Of a stretch of DNA of 64,000 bases, positions 1 to 9,787 are shown piece after piece; the stretch's first letter is position 1, and the number at the start of each line of letters is the position of its first letter. The notes under the pieces were generated by a model. That model saw only the letters and a list, made by a program, of their open reading frames with translations. It did not search any database and was not told the origin of the DNA. Source of the DNA: an uncultured Bacteriovoracaceae bacterium (lineage in GTDB: Bacteria; Bdellovibrionota; Bacteriovoracia; Bacteriovoracales; Bacteriovoracaceae); assembly GCA_964012805.1 (NCBI GenBank), contig CAXGUD010000020.1, forward strand, positions 12,090-76,089, written 5' to 3'. The position numbers were made by a program, and so were the translations under genes.

Positions 1-1
1 T

Positions 2-184
2 TGTAGGTGCAAGGCTTGCATTTAAAGCCTGGATATCTGTATTGGCTACAACATACTCGACACCAGAAAGACCAGATCGAATCATCGTATTAACGGCATT
101 ACACCCGCCACCTCCGACACCAATAACCTTTATTCTTGCACACTGCTTAATTTCTTCCTCAAGACCATCTGAAATTTCAAACAT
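2..184 (-). CDS. ftsZ: Cell division protein FtsZ, N-terminal part (runs off the left edge)
   Basis: Not in the ORF track. Manual translation from ATG at 184 gives [65 protein letters not shown] upstream; follows ftsA. Confidence 0.97.
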   Translation of the reverse strand, partial: MFEISDGLEEEIKQCARIKVIGVGGGGCNAVNTMIRSGLSGVEYVVANTDIQALNASLAPT

Positions 185-207
185 GATAACCTCCTCCACC
201 AAGAGGG

Positions 208-1452
208 TTAAAAAATTTCCTTAAAGACAGATCGAAGAGACTCACTCAACCTACCGATCAAATCCTTTTGACCCCTTAGCCTATTATTTTCCAAAAAATT
301 TTTATTTTTTTTATGATTTTCAAGAAGAAGCCCCAAAACCGTTGAAAACTTTGGACTATGCATTGTCCCAGTCATTCCTCCTAAAGGCAACGGATAACCT
401 GTCTTCGTTGGCTTTTCTAAAATATATTCTCCCAAATCAGCTAAAGACCGAATTAGTGAACCTCCACCTGTGAGGACATAACCTCCCGTCACCTTATGGG
501 ATAAACCTCTTTCTTCAATAATTCCCTTGATAATACTAAAAAGCTCCTCAGCTCTTGCACCTAAAACTTCAGAGCAAAGCTGAAGCTTGACCTCTCTTGG
601 CTTTGTCCCCGAAAGACCTTGTACTTTAATCACAGAGCTACTATTCACACCTTCAGGAAGGACACTTGTATGGTTTACTTTTATGTTTTCTGCCTCAGTA
701 TGAGGTATTTGAAGAGCCACTGCCAAGTCATTAGTAAAATGATTTCCACCAACAGGAATTATATGTGAATGGATTAAGCTACCATTTTTCCAAATAGCGA
801 GGTCTGTAGTTCCTCCGCCTATATCCACTAACACAACCCCTAAATCTTTCTCCTCTTTAGTTAATACTGCTCTTGAAGAAGCAATCGGCTGTAGAGTAAT
901 TTGGGAAACGGATATCCCTGTATGCTCAACGCATTTAACCAAGTTTTGAATTAAAGAAATAGAACCTGTTACTATATGAACTTGAGCTTCAAGCCTCACA
1001 CCACACATACCAATAGGGTTTTTAATTCCCGCTGTGTTATCAACCTTATAAGACTGAGGAACCACGTGAAGAATTTCGCGATCAGATGGAATAACAACAG
1101 CCTTAGCTGCCTCAATGACACGCCGGACGTCAATTGCCTCAATCTCACGCCCCTTGATAGCAACAACACCTGAACTATTAAAGCTGTATATATGATTACC
1201 GGCTATACCAATAGTGGCCTTGCTTATATTGACCCCAGACATGAGGCGTGCTTCCTCTACGGAGGACTTTATTGACTTTATAGTCTTATCAATGTTGACT
1301 ACGGAACCTTTTTTCAAACCATGACTAGGGTGAGTTCCGACACCGATAATCTCTATATCACTATCTTTGGATTTTCCTGTTTGAAGGCCGACAACGGTAC
1401 AAACTTTCGTTGTTCCTATATCTAATCCTACAATCACACTTTTATCGTTCAT
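208..1452 (-). CDS. ftsA: Cell division protein FtsA
   Basis: [28 protein letters not shown] and LTGGGS actin-fold motifs; directly upstream of ftsZ. Confidence 0.97.
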   Translation of the reverse strand: MNDKSVIVGLDIGTTKVCTVVGLQTGKSKDSDIEIIGVGTHPSHGLKKGSVVNIDKTIKSIKSSVEEARLMSGVNISKATIGIAGNHIYSFNSSGVVAIKGREIEAIDVRRVIEAAKAVVIPSDREILHVVPQSYKVDNTAGIKNPIGMCGVRLEAQVHIVTGSISLIQNLVKCVEHTGISVSQITLQPIASSRAVLTKEEKDLGVVLVDIGGGTTDLAIWKNGSLIHSHIIPVGGNHFTNDLAVALQIPHTEAENIKVNHTSVLPEGVNSSSVIKVQGLSGTKPREVKLQLCSEVLGARAEELFSIIKGIIEERGLSHKVTGGYVLTGGGSLIRSLADLGEYILEKPTKTGYPLPLGGMTGTMHSPKFSTVLGLLLENHKKNKNFLENNRLRGQKDLIGRLSESLRSVFKEIF

Positions 1453-1541
1453 GAGATTCCTTTCTCATTGCGACTATGGAACAACAGAGAGTACTTTAGG
1501 TTGTTTTGATAGCTTCTGATTAGTCTATCATAGGAAAAATA

Positions 1542-2336
1542 TTAAAATCTGTCATTGAACTTGACAACAACTTTTTTGGAATTTGTTAGATTAATTACTG
1601 ATGGAGTTTTTTGTTTTGTTCTTAAAAACTTTAATATCTTTTGTAGCTTGAGGGCCTTTACGGTCCATTCATCATCTCCTAAAAAGGCACTCGAAGGGCT
1701 ACCATCCAGAGAAAGAATAATTGTCAAATTGCCGTGATTACTCAAAATAACCTCAGATAATTTCTTTCTAAACTTTATTTCCATAGCTTTAATAATATTT
1801 ACTAACTGATTTTGGGTTTTTTCGTTGGCTTTTTCAACGGGAATGGCCAGAGACGGTAAATCATATTGAAGCTTTTTGTCATTTTCCAAAATTTCTTCAT
1901 AAGTCGGATCAAAAAGCTTACCATTATCAACTAAAAGAGCTTCATAAGATTCTTGCCCATTTCTTTTATAAATTTGAACCCTCATTAAGGGTATTGGACA
2001 GTCCAGTTTAATGTCTAAAAACTTTTTAACAGGATTAAACTTAATTTCGTAGGAAGATATAAAGTGCTTTGAAACCAACTTTTCATCAATAATCTTCTTT
2101 TTTACATCACTCAGAAGACCTCTTCTTTCAAATTCCTTAACAAGCCCAAGAGTTAAAGAGCCTGCCACCCTAGAGGGACACTTTCCAAAAAAGGTTCTGT
2201 ATTTTATTTTATTTTTTTTCCAGTTATCAATTGATGCTTCAAGGGTACCTGTTAGAAAAAAAGGTATAAATGCTAATAAGATTTTAAAAAATAAATTTAT
2301 GTTTATCATTATCTCAAAATTTAACTTCAGTTTCAA
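1542..2336 (-). CDS. ftsQ: Divergent FtsQ/DivIB-like cell division protein (true start probably ATG at 2309)
   Basis: Lies between murB and ftsA; N-terminal hydrophobic segment; C-terminus (AFLGDDEW...INLTNSKKVVVK) resembles the FtsQ beta domain end. Confidence 0.6.
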   Translation of the reverse strand: MKLKLNFEIMININLFFKILLAFIPFFLTGTLEASIDNWKKNKIKYRTFFGKCPSRVAGSLTLGLVKEFERRGLLSDVKKKIIDEKLVSKHFISSYEIKFNPVKKFLDIKLDCPIPLMRVQIYKRNGQESYEALLVDNGKLFDPTYEEILENDKKLQYDLPSLAIPVEKANEKTQNQLVNIIKAMEIKFRKKLSEVILSNHGNLTIILSLDGSPSSAFLGDDEWTVKALKLQKILKFLRTKQKTPSVINLTNSKKVVVKFNDRF

Positions 2337-3243
2337 AATCTATCCCAAACTGAAGCTTTAATTCTTCCTTAACAAAATTAATGGCCTTCACCATACTTGA
2401 ATGGTCAGCCCCACCTCTATTTTCCATAAAGTTAGCATGTAATGGACTTACTCTCACTTGGTCCATTTGAAATCCTTTGAGTCCCATTATATCTATAAAC
2501 TCTCCAGCCCGACAAGTGGCTAATTTTTTTGAAGAGACTGGTCTTTCAGCATTTTTAAAAATGCATCCACAGGTTGAGGCCCAAAGAGGTTGAGACTCGT
2601 TCCTCTTTTTAAGATATTCCTTAATGAGGACTGGCACTGAAGAGTCTATTCCCCTATGAACAAGTGTGGCCTCATAAATAATATCTCCTTTATTAGTGAA
2701 ATTATTCTTTCTATAAGAAAAATCCTCTTTCCCCAGTGAAATAACTCTTAAGTCCCCATCTTTTGAAATAACTTTAACTTCCTTGACGAGAGGACCTATT
2801 TCACCTAAACCCGTCCCTGCATTCATAAAAATAGCTCCTCCTAAAGTCGCAGGAATACCAGTAAAAACCTCCCAGCCCTTTAAACCATGTTTGGAAGCAT
2901 GAGACGTCAACTTACTTAAATGAATTGAAGCTGGTAAGCAATATTCATCTTTTACAGAATCAAGGGGATTAGAATCTAAAGAAAACTGTAACTTAACATA
3001 AGGGTTCGGAGAGTTTTCTAAAAGCATTTGGTTCGCACCAAAGCCTAATACATTATAACTTTCTTTAAATTTTTTGAAGAGATTGATCACAACCTTTAAA
3101 GCTTCGAAGTTTCTAACAAGAACAAGGTCTCCACTTGCTTTTAACTTAAGTGTTGAAAACTTTGATAGATCTTCATCTATTAAAACTTGGACGTTATCAA
3201 CTTTTTCTAGTTCTAGTTGAAGGGTAGGATTATTCCCAATCAT
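2314..3243 (-). CDS. murB: UDP-N-acetylenolpyruvoylglucosamine reductase
   Basis: GIPATLGGAIFMNAG, FSYR, CGCIFKN and HANF motifs. Confidence 0.95.
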   Translation of the reverse strand: MIGNNPTLQLELEKVDNVQVLIDEDLSKFSTLKLKASGDLVLVRNFEALKVVINLFKKFKESYNVLGFGANQMLLENSPNPYVKLQFSLDSNPLDSVKDEYCLPASIHLSKLTSHASKHGLKGWEVFTGIPATLGGAIFMNAGTGLGEIGPLVKEVKVISKDGDLRVISLGKEDFSYRKNNFTNKGDIIYEATLVHRGIDSSVPVLIKEYLKKRNESQPLWASTCGCIFKNAERPVSSKKLATCRAGEFIDIMGLKGFQMDQVRVSPLHANFMENRGGADHSSMVKAINFVKEELKLQFGIDFETEVKF

Positions 3244-4641
3244 CTACTGCTCTCCTAGAGTATGAACAACATCCCTTATATTCTTACCAATCGAACCAGC
3301 TCCTAGCGAAATGAGTGTTATACTCTTCTCTTGAGACGACTTCACAAGTTCCAAAATATCAGAATTGTTCTCAAGAACCTTTTTGCCTAAACCTGGGTGT
3401 AAATGGTTAATATCCGACACAAGTCTATCAGATGTAATTCCTTCTATTGAGTCTTCACTAGCTCCGTAGATAGGGCATAAATACAACTCATCTGCATAGT
3501 TAAAACAATGTAAAAAACGGTCCCAACAATCCCTGGTCCTTGTGTATCTATGAGGCTCAAAAATTGCTATAATTTTATTATTCGGTCTTGTTTCCTTAAC
3601 TGCCTTTAGTGTCGTTGAAATTTCTGTAGGATGATGAGCATAATCATCAAGAATTTCAAATTCCTTATCCTTTAAAAGCTGCTGAAGCCTTCTACCAACT
3701 CCATTGAACTTTCTAATTGATCTTGCAATAAGAGGGAAGTCCACATCTAAATTATGGGCAAGAGCTATGGCCCCTAAAGAATTGAGAATATTGTGCCTTC
3801 CAGGTAAGGTCATTTGAATTCTAACTTTATTCTCTCCCCTAAAATAAAGATCATAAGACGTTAAGCTGTCTGACGATATAGAAACATTTCTAGCTTCATA
3901 ATCAAATAGAGATCCTTCTTCACCAATACCAAAAGTTACACAAGGCTTTTTAAGATCTTTCCTTATCTCCATAAGCTTTTTATCGTGACCATTGAGCGCA
4001 CAAATACCGTAAAAGGGTATCTTGTTTGCGAAACTTTTAAAAGATGCTAACAAGTTCTTCTCCGACTTATAGAAGTCCATGTGATCGTTATCAATATTTG
4101 TTATAATAGACATAACAGGGTTTAAAAGGAGAAAAGAACCATCGGATTCATCTGCTTCAGCGACCAAGAACTCACCACTTCCGATCTTTGCGTGCCCCTT
4201 AAGATTGTGAACAATTCCGCCAATGATATAAGTTGGATCAAGGCGGCTCTCATGAAGAATTGTAGCCAGAAAGCTCGTTGTTGTTGTTTTCCCATGGGTT
4301 CCGGCAATGGCAATTCCTTTTTTAAGTCTCATAAGCTCAGCCAACATTTCGGCTCTTCTCATAAGAGGAATGCTTTTTTCTTTTGCATAAAGTATTTCTG
4401 GGTTTGTTGGAGAAATCGCTGAGCTAAAAACCACACTTGTAGCACCCTCAACATTTGACGCCCTATGACCCAAACAAATCTCGGCACCTAGGTTTTTTAG
4501 TTTTTCAACAGAAGAAGACGAGTTCATATCTGAACCTGAAACCTTATACCCCATCGAAAGTAAAACCTCGGCAATACCGCTCATTCCGATTCCACCAATA
4601 CCAACAAAATGTACTTTTAGTTTATTTGAGACTTGAAACAA
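3244..4641 (-). CDS. murC: UDP-N-acetylmuramate--L-alanine ligase
   Basis: HFVGIGGIGMSG, GTHGKTTT, EADESDGSF and DDYAHHPTEI. Confidence 0.97.
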   Translation of the reverse strand: MFQVSNKLKVHFVGIGGIGMSGIAEVLLSMGYKVSGSDMNSSSSVEKLKNLGAEICLGHRASNVEGATSVVFSSAISPTNPEILYAKEKSIPLMRRAEMLAELMRLKKGIAIAGTHGKTTTTSFLATILHESRLDPTYIIGGIVHNLKGHAKIGSGEFLVAEADESDGSFLLLNPVMSIITNIDNDHMDFYKSEKNLLASFKSFANKIPFYGICALNGHDKKLMEIRKDLKKPCVTFGIGEEGSLFDYEARNVSISSDSLTSYDLYFRGENKVRIQMTLPGRHNILNSLGAIALAHNLDVDFPLIARSIRKFNGVGRRLQQLLKDKEFEILDDYAHHPTEISTTLKAVKETRPNNKIIAIFEPHRYTRTRDCWDRFLHCFNYADELYLCPIYGASEDSIEGITSDRLVSDINHLHPGLGKKVLENNSDILELVKSSQEKSITLISLGAGSIGKNIRDVVHTLGEQ

Positions 4642-4664
4642 GAGATCCCCCGATAATATATAAT

Positions 4665-5786
4665 CTAAGTATCGATATATGAATGATCAGTTTTTTCATT
4701 CATTGCTGAAAAAAGAAGACCAATGCTAAAAAAGTTACACACGAGAGATGAACCTCCGTAACTAATAAACGGCAAGTTCAATCCTTTAGTCGGTAGTAGC
4801 CCTAAAACAACTCCCATGTTAAGGACAGACTGGAGTCCTAGGGAAAAAATGATCGTAGAAGCCAAAATAAAAGCAAACCGACTATTAAGTCTCAGTGCAA
4901 ATTTGTATCCAAGGTATATGAGACAAATGAACATGGCAATAATTAAGAAAACGCCCAGAAAACCTAGCTCTTCTCCAATAACGCTAAATATAAAATCATT
5001 ATGAGCTTCAGGTAAATAAAATAATTTTTCATTTGAGTTTCCTAAGCCTTGACCAAAAAAAGAGCCATTTGCAAAAGCAAGGTAAGACTGAATGATTTGG
5101 AAGCCGCTTGTTTTTGGGTTTTTCCATGGATCGAGAAATGTTAGGAGCCTTTTGATACGGTAAGCCTTAAGGAAAAAAGTTGCGAATCCAAAAACTAATC
5201 CACTCATTAAGATTCCATAAAAGTATTTTCTAGGAAAGCGGCTCAAAAAGCAGATAAAGCCAATAACCAGAAAACATATTGTAAAACTTCCAAAATCTGG
5301 CTGCTTTATCAAAACAGTTAAAGGGATAATCATTCCAAAGGCTCCAAAGCATTTTTGCTTGAGCGAGTAGTGAGAGAAGTTTTCGAAGTAGGGGATAGCA
5401 AGCACCATCAAGCTAAATTTTATAGCTTCGCTTGGCTGGATACCCACGGGACCAATCTCTACCCAACGCGAAGCACCTTTAACAGATTTTCCTACGCCAG
5501 GAATAATTGAAGAAATTAACAAAATTGTGCATAGCAAATTAATATAAAGGCCATATTTCATCCAAAAGCTAAATTTCGTTTTGCTAACAAGAAAAGCAAC
5601 AGACAGCCCGATCATAAAGTAAGCCAACTGCCGGAGAAAAAAATATGCTGAGCTGCCATAAACATCTTTGGCATAAATATAGCTAGAGGAATAGACCATT
5701 ATTAAGCCAATAGAGCTCAAAATAAGTAAAACAAAAATAATTTGAAGGCCGATACGTTCGAGGTCCGTCTGATCTTGCGAGAACAC
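4665..5786 (-). CDS. ftsW: SEDS peptidoglycan polymerase FtsW
   Basis: GASRW, IQPSE, QPDFG, LPEAHNDFIFS and LPFISYGGSS; dcw context. Confidence 0.95.
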   Translation of the reverse strand: MFSQDQTDLERIGLQIIFVLLILSSIGLIMVYSSSYIYAKDVYGSSAYFFLRQLAYFMIGLSVAFLVSKTKFSFWMKYGLYINLLCTILLISSIIPGVGKSVKGASRWVEIGPVGIQPSEAIKFSLMVLAIPYFENFSHYSLKQKCFGAFGMIIPLTVLIKQPDFGSFTICFLVIGFICFLSRFPRKYFYGILMSGLVFGFATFFLKAYRIKRLLTFLDPWKNPKTSGFQIIQSYLAFANGSFFGQGLGNSNEKLFYLPEAHNDFIFSVIGEELGFLGVFLIIAMFICLIYLGYKFALRLNSRFAFILASTIIFSLGLQSVLNMGVVLGLLPTKGLNLPFISYGGSSLVCNFFSIGLLFSAMNEKTDHSYIDT

Positions 5787-5843
5787 AATCTTACCCTCCT
5801 CATCCTTAAGGCATTAGGCAAAAATAAAAGGAGGTGACCCCTC

Positions 5844-7226
5844 CTATAACTGATAAACTAGCTTCTTAAAATAATTTCCTCTTTCTTCGTAATCCCTAAA
5901 GAAATCAGTACTAGCGTTACCCGGAGAAAGAAGAATAATATCCCCTGTTCTCGACTTTTGATAGGCAAATAGAATGGATTCTTCAAAGGAGCCAACTATG
6001 TAAGTTTGAGAATGACCTCCAAGGACTCTATTCATTCTTTCTTTACACTCTCCAACTAGCACCATTACCCTGACATTTTTAATCATTTCATTAGCATATG
6101 GCTCATAGTCTATTTCTTCATTATCCTTTCCACCCGCTATTAGTATAACCTGTGCTTTAAAAGAGCTAATACTCTTTAAAAGCTCCTCCATAGACTCCGC
6201 CTTGGAGTCGTTGTAAAAACTTACACCGTTCTTCTCCATGAGAAATTCAAGCCTATGAGGTATTCCAGGAAAGCGTTCGATAGTAGTTTGGATAGCCTTA
6301 TCAGAAACTTTGAGTGCCTTACATGCAGTAATAGCTGCAAGCAAGTTTTCTCTATTTCGTTGTCCTACAATACGCATCTTAGAGACAACAAAATCTGAAT
6401 GATAGTTTATATTACAATTAATTCTTCTTTCATGAAAATGAGTTCCCTGTATCTCATTCATAATACCAAGCTTCGCAAAAGACCGCCTTGAATACCAATA
6501 CTTTTGACACGAAGCATTTCTAAAAAAGCTGTTATTACCGAGGGCATCAAAATTTATAACAAGCATATCATCGGGAGATAGACTCTTGATTATGCTTAAC
6601 TTTGTTTCAATAAACTCACCGGCTGATTTAAAGTGACCTTCGGAGTACTCCTCCCCAATGTTGGTAAAAATCACCATTTTTGGGTGAAAGTTGCTTAAGC
6701 CTTTCATTTGAACGGCTGAAACTTCAATAATAGCGTAATCAATATCATCCAAGTTAGGTTGCATGGCCAACTCAATAAAAGGGCTGTCACTTGTGCCACC
6801 AACAAAGACATTCTTCCCCTCTAGCTTAAGAGTGAAGCCCACCATATGAGCAACTGTCGTTCTCCCTTGAGAGCCACAAACAGCTATTACCGGCTTTCTA
6901 CATAAAAGGTTTCCAAGAGCAAACTCACTGAAAACATCCTTCCCAGACTTTCTTGCACCCTCAAGTTGGGGCAAGGTCGGGTCAACGCCAGAAGAATAAA
7001 CAACAACATCAGCTTCAAGAAAATCTTCCATCCGATGCTCCCCAAAAGTCATTTCAGGTGTCGGATTTACTTTTCTTAACTTCTTTACAGATTTATTTAG
7101 ATCGAAGATTGGCCTGATATCAGTTACCCTAATGTGACAATCTAAGTTATTAAAAAACTTTATGAGGGTAAATCCTGTTTTGCCTATACCAACAATAAGG
7201 ACTTTTTTATTTCTAAAACGTTCCAC
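5844..7226 (-). CDS. murD: MurD-family ligase with atypical active-site residues
   Basis: GIPHRLE, NDSKA and LLSPGNAS..F..YEERG; between mraY and ftsW. The P-loop reads GSQGRTT (see findings). Confidence 0.85.
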   Translation of the reverse strand: MERFRNKKVLIVGIGKTGFTLIKFFNNLDCHIRVTDIRPIFDLNKSVKKLRKVNPTPEMTFGEHRMEDFLEADVVVYSSGVDPTLPQLEGARKSGKDVFSEFALGNLLCRKPVIAVCGSQGRTTVAHMVGFTLKLEGKNVFVGGTSDSPFIELAMQPNLDDIDYAIIEVSAVQMKGLSNFHPKMVIFTNIGEEYSEGHFKSAGEFIETKLSIIKSLSPDDMLVINFDALGNNSFFRNASCQKYWYSRRSFAKLGIMNEIQGTHFHERRINCNINYHSDFVVSKMRIVGQRNRENLLAAITACKALKVSDKAIQTTIERFPGIPHRLEFLMEKNGVSFYNDSKAESMEELLKSISSFKAQVILIAGGKDNEEIDYEPYANEMIKNVRVMVLVGECKERMNRVLGGHSQTYIVGSFEESILFAYQKSRTGDIILLSPGNASTDFFRDYEERGNYFKKLVYQL

Positions 7227-7248
7227 GAACCCAATCTCCTTAAAAACC

Positions 7249-8325
7249 TTAACGTATTTTTAGTGTCGCAACAGAAAGAATGGCCAAAAATATACTTATT
7301 ATCCAAAACCTAACAATAACCTTTGGCTCAGGCCACCCTTTTAACTCAAAATGATGATGAATAGGTGCCATTTTAAAAACTCTTTTTTTTCTAGTTTTAA
7401 ATGAAAAAACCTGAATAATTACAGAAAGTGTCTCAACAACAAAAACACCCCCTATCAAAATAAACAAAATCTCATTCTTAGTAAGTACAGCTATTATCCC
7501 AAGAATACCCCCTAAGGATAAAGAACCTACATCACCCATGAAAATCTGAGCTGGATATGAGTTATACCATAAAAAGCCTACTCCAGCACCTATAATCGCT
7601 GCAGCAATCACAGTTAATTCACCTACATTTTCAACATAAGGAATATAGAGGTATGAAGCAATTTCTCTATGCCCAGCAACATATGCTAATATCCCCAAAG
7701 AAGCTGCACTCGTAATAATTGGACCGATAGCAAGACCATCTAAACCGTCTGTTAAATTAACAGCGTTACTACAAGCGACAACAACAACTCCCGCAAAGAG
7801 AGGGTAAAGAAAACCCATATCTAAAAGCGGCCCTTTTACAAAAGGAACATAAAGCTTTGTATCAATCACGTTGCTATAAACAAGACAATAAGCAGCAATC
7901 AAAGCCGTCACAAACTGCCAAACTAACTTGCCTCTTGCAGAAATTCCGTCCGTGTTCTTTTTTAAAACTTTAAAATAATCGTCAAAAAAACCTAAAACAA
8001 AGTAAGAGATCATAACCCCAAAAGTAGTTATCAGGGGTATAGAAAGAAAGTTACCGCAAAGAAAAAGAGCAATTAAGATGCTGCCAATGATAACCACGCC
8101 ACCCATAGTAGGCGTGCCTGCCTTTTTAAAGTGGGACTCTGGTCCATCGTCTCTTATGACCTGACCAAACTGTTTCTTTTTCATGAATAATATGAATCTC
8201 TTTCCCCACAAAATCGATATCAATGCTGCTAATAAAAAAGCAAGCAATGATCGAAAGGTTATATAACGAAAGATATTAAAAAGTGATAAGTCTATATTTA
8301 ATGGGTAAAGAAAATGATAAAGCAT
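7249..8325 (-). CDS. mraY: Phospho-N-acetylmuramoyl-pentapeptide transferase
   Basis: KAGTPTMGG, NAVNLTDGLDGL, FMGDVGSL and MAPIHHHFE. Confidence 0.98.
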   Translation of the reverse strand: MLYHFLYPLNIDLSLFNIFRYITFRSLLAFLLAALISILWGKRFILFMKKKQFGQVIRDDGPESHFKKAGTPTMGGVVIIGSILIALFLCGNFLSIPLITTFGVMISYFVLGFFDDYFKVLKKNTDGISARGKLVWQFVTALIAAYCLVYSNVIDTKLYVPFVKGPLLDMGFLYPLFAGVVVVACSNAVNLTDGLDGLAIGPIITSAASLGILAYVAGHREIASYLYIPYVENVGELTVIAAAIIGAGVGFLWYNSYPAQIFMGDVGSLSLGGILGIIAVLTKNEILFILIGGVFVVETLSVIIQVFSFKTRKKRVFKMAPIHHHFELKGWPEPKVIVRFWIISIFLAILSVATLKIR

Positions 8326-8374
8326 AGGCTAGTTTTCCAAAAATGAAGCATTGATAAATTTGTTGGAAAGAAAC

Positions 8375-9787
8375 TTAATCAAAAGTTATATCCATTAATG
8401 ACTCAAGTTGTAAAGAACGACTGGCCTTTATAAAAAAATACTTAAACTTTTCTTGCTCTTCTTCCCAAAATGGGCGGAATTCTTCGACACTTTGAAACAA
8501 AGAAGACCTCCTTAAAAAGCCATTTTGGTACGATGAAGCAAATTTACCTATGAATCGCGTCTTTGTTATTTTTTTATCCAACATGAAGCGTCCTATTTCT
8601 TCATGGAACTCTTCTGACTTATTTCCTAACTCATTCATATCACCCAAAACAAATAGACACTCATCGAAAGAAATATTCTTATCATGACAAAATCCAATAA
8701 AACCCTCTAAAGACTTTATCATCGAGGAAGGGTTTGCATTATATGCATCAAGGAAATAATGCTTTCCATGCTTTCTAACCCAAGCTCCTCTATTGTGTGG
8801 GGGCTTAAATGCCTCAGCTGCTTTTTTAAGAACATCAATATTTCCTGGGAATAAATGGGATGCCATTAAAAAACTACCGGCCAAGTTAGAGAAATTATGA
8901 TCTCCCAAAATATTATTATTTTTCAAAAGAGTAGGGGATTGACCTTTTCCTAACCAGACTTTAGCAGCTTCTGCCTCAATCTCAAGCTTGATGGCGCTAT
9001 CGCTGAAACCGAAGGATAGGACATAATCATCAATTAACCTTTTCAAAAAGACATCATCTGAAGGCAAAACAAAAACGCTTTCTGGACCACTATTTTTTCT
9101 TACATAATCGAAAAGGGACCTCTTCTCTTTAAAAACAGCCTCTTGGCTACCAAAATGTTCTAAATGCGAACTACCAATACTTGTTATAATGCCCGTGTTA
9201 GGCTGCGCTATTTCACACAGTGTCTGGATCTCACCCGGATGATTCGTTCCCAACTCCACAACGGCTACTTTATGATCTGAGCGAAGTTTCAACAAAGTTA
9301 TAGGAACTCCTATATGGTTATTAAAATTACCTTTCGAGTAATGAACCTTGCCCGGATATATTGCATTCAACAACCAGGAAAGCATCTCCTTATAAGTCGT
9401 TTTTCCATTTGATCCAGTTATTCCTATAATTTTCCTTTCCGAATCCTCGCTAAGCCAGTTATGAGTTTTTATTTTTGCTAATTCTTGGAAATAAATAAGT
9501 GAGTTTTCTACAATTACGAAAAACCTATCGGGAAAAGCTTTCGCCAGTCTTTTCACTTGCTCCTCTCTTCCTTCTTTTTTCTCAAAAATAACCCCCAAAG
9601 CTCCCTTTTTTAAAGCGCTCTCAACAAACTTAAACCCGTCAAAATTATCGCCGGCTAAAGCCAAAAATAGGCTTCCCTCCTCTAAGTTTCTAGAATCAGT
9701 AGAAAGAACCATTGAAGAAAGATTTGGAATATCTCCAATAGCATGGATAAAACTAGATGGACTTATAAGAAGTTTACTATCTATCAA
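8375..9787 (-). CDS. murF: UDP-MurNAc-tripeptide--D-Ala-D-Ala ligase
   Basis: GSNGKTTYKE, NFNNHIGVP, DAYNANPSSM and LGDMNELG. Confidence 0.96.
   Translation of the reverse strand: MIDSKLLISPSSFIHAIGDIPNLSSMVLSTDSRNLEEGSLFLALAGDNFDGFKFVESALKKGALGVIFEKKEGREEQVKRLAKAFPDRFFVIVENSLIYFQELAKIKTHNWLSEDSERKIIGITGSNGKTTYKEMLSWLLNAIYPGKVHYSKGNFNNHIGVPITLLKLRSDHKVAVVELGTNHPGEIQTLCEIAQPNTGIITSIGSSHLEHFGSQEAVFKEKRSLFDYVRKNSGPESVFVLPSDDVFLKRLIDDYVLSFGFSDSAIKLEIEAEAAKVWLGKGQSPTLLKNNNILGDHNFSNLAGSFLMASHLFPGNIDVLKKAAEAFKPPHNRGAWVRKHGKHYFLDAYNANPSSMIKSLEGFIGFCHDKNISFDECLFVLGDMNELGNKSEEFHEEIGRFMLDKKITKTRFIGKFASSYQNGFLRRSSLFQSVEEFRPFWEEEQEKFKYFFIKASRSLQLESLMDITFD

Noticed and set aside
42..224. 60-aa plus-strand ORF
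   Set aside because: Antisense shadow of the ftsZ start and ftsA end.
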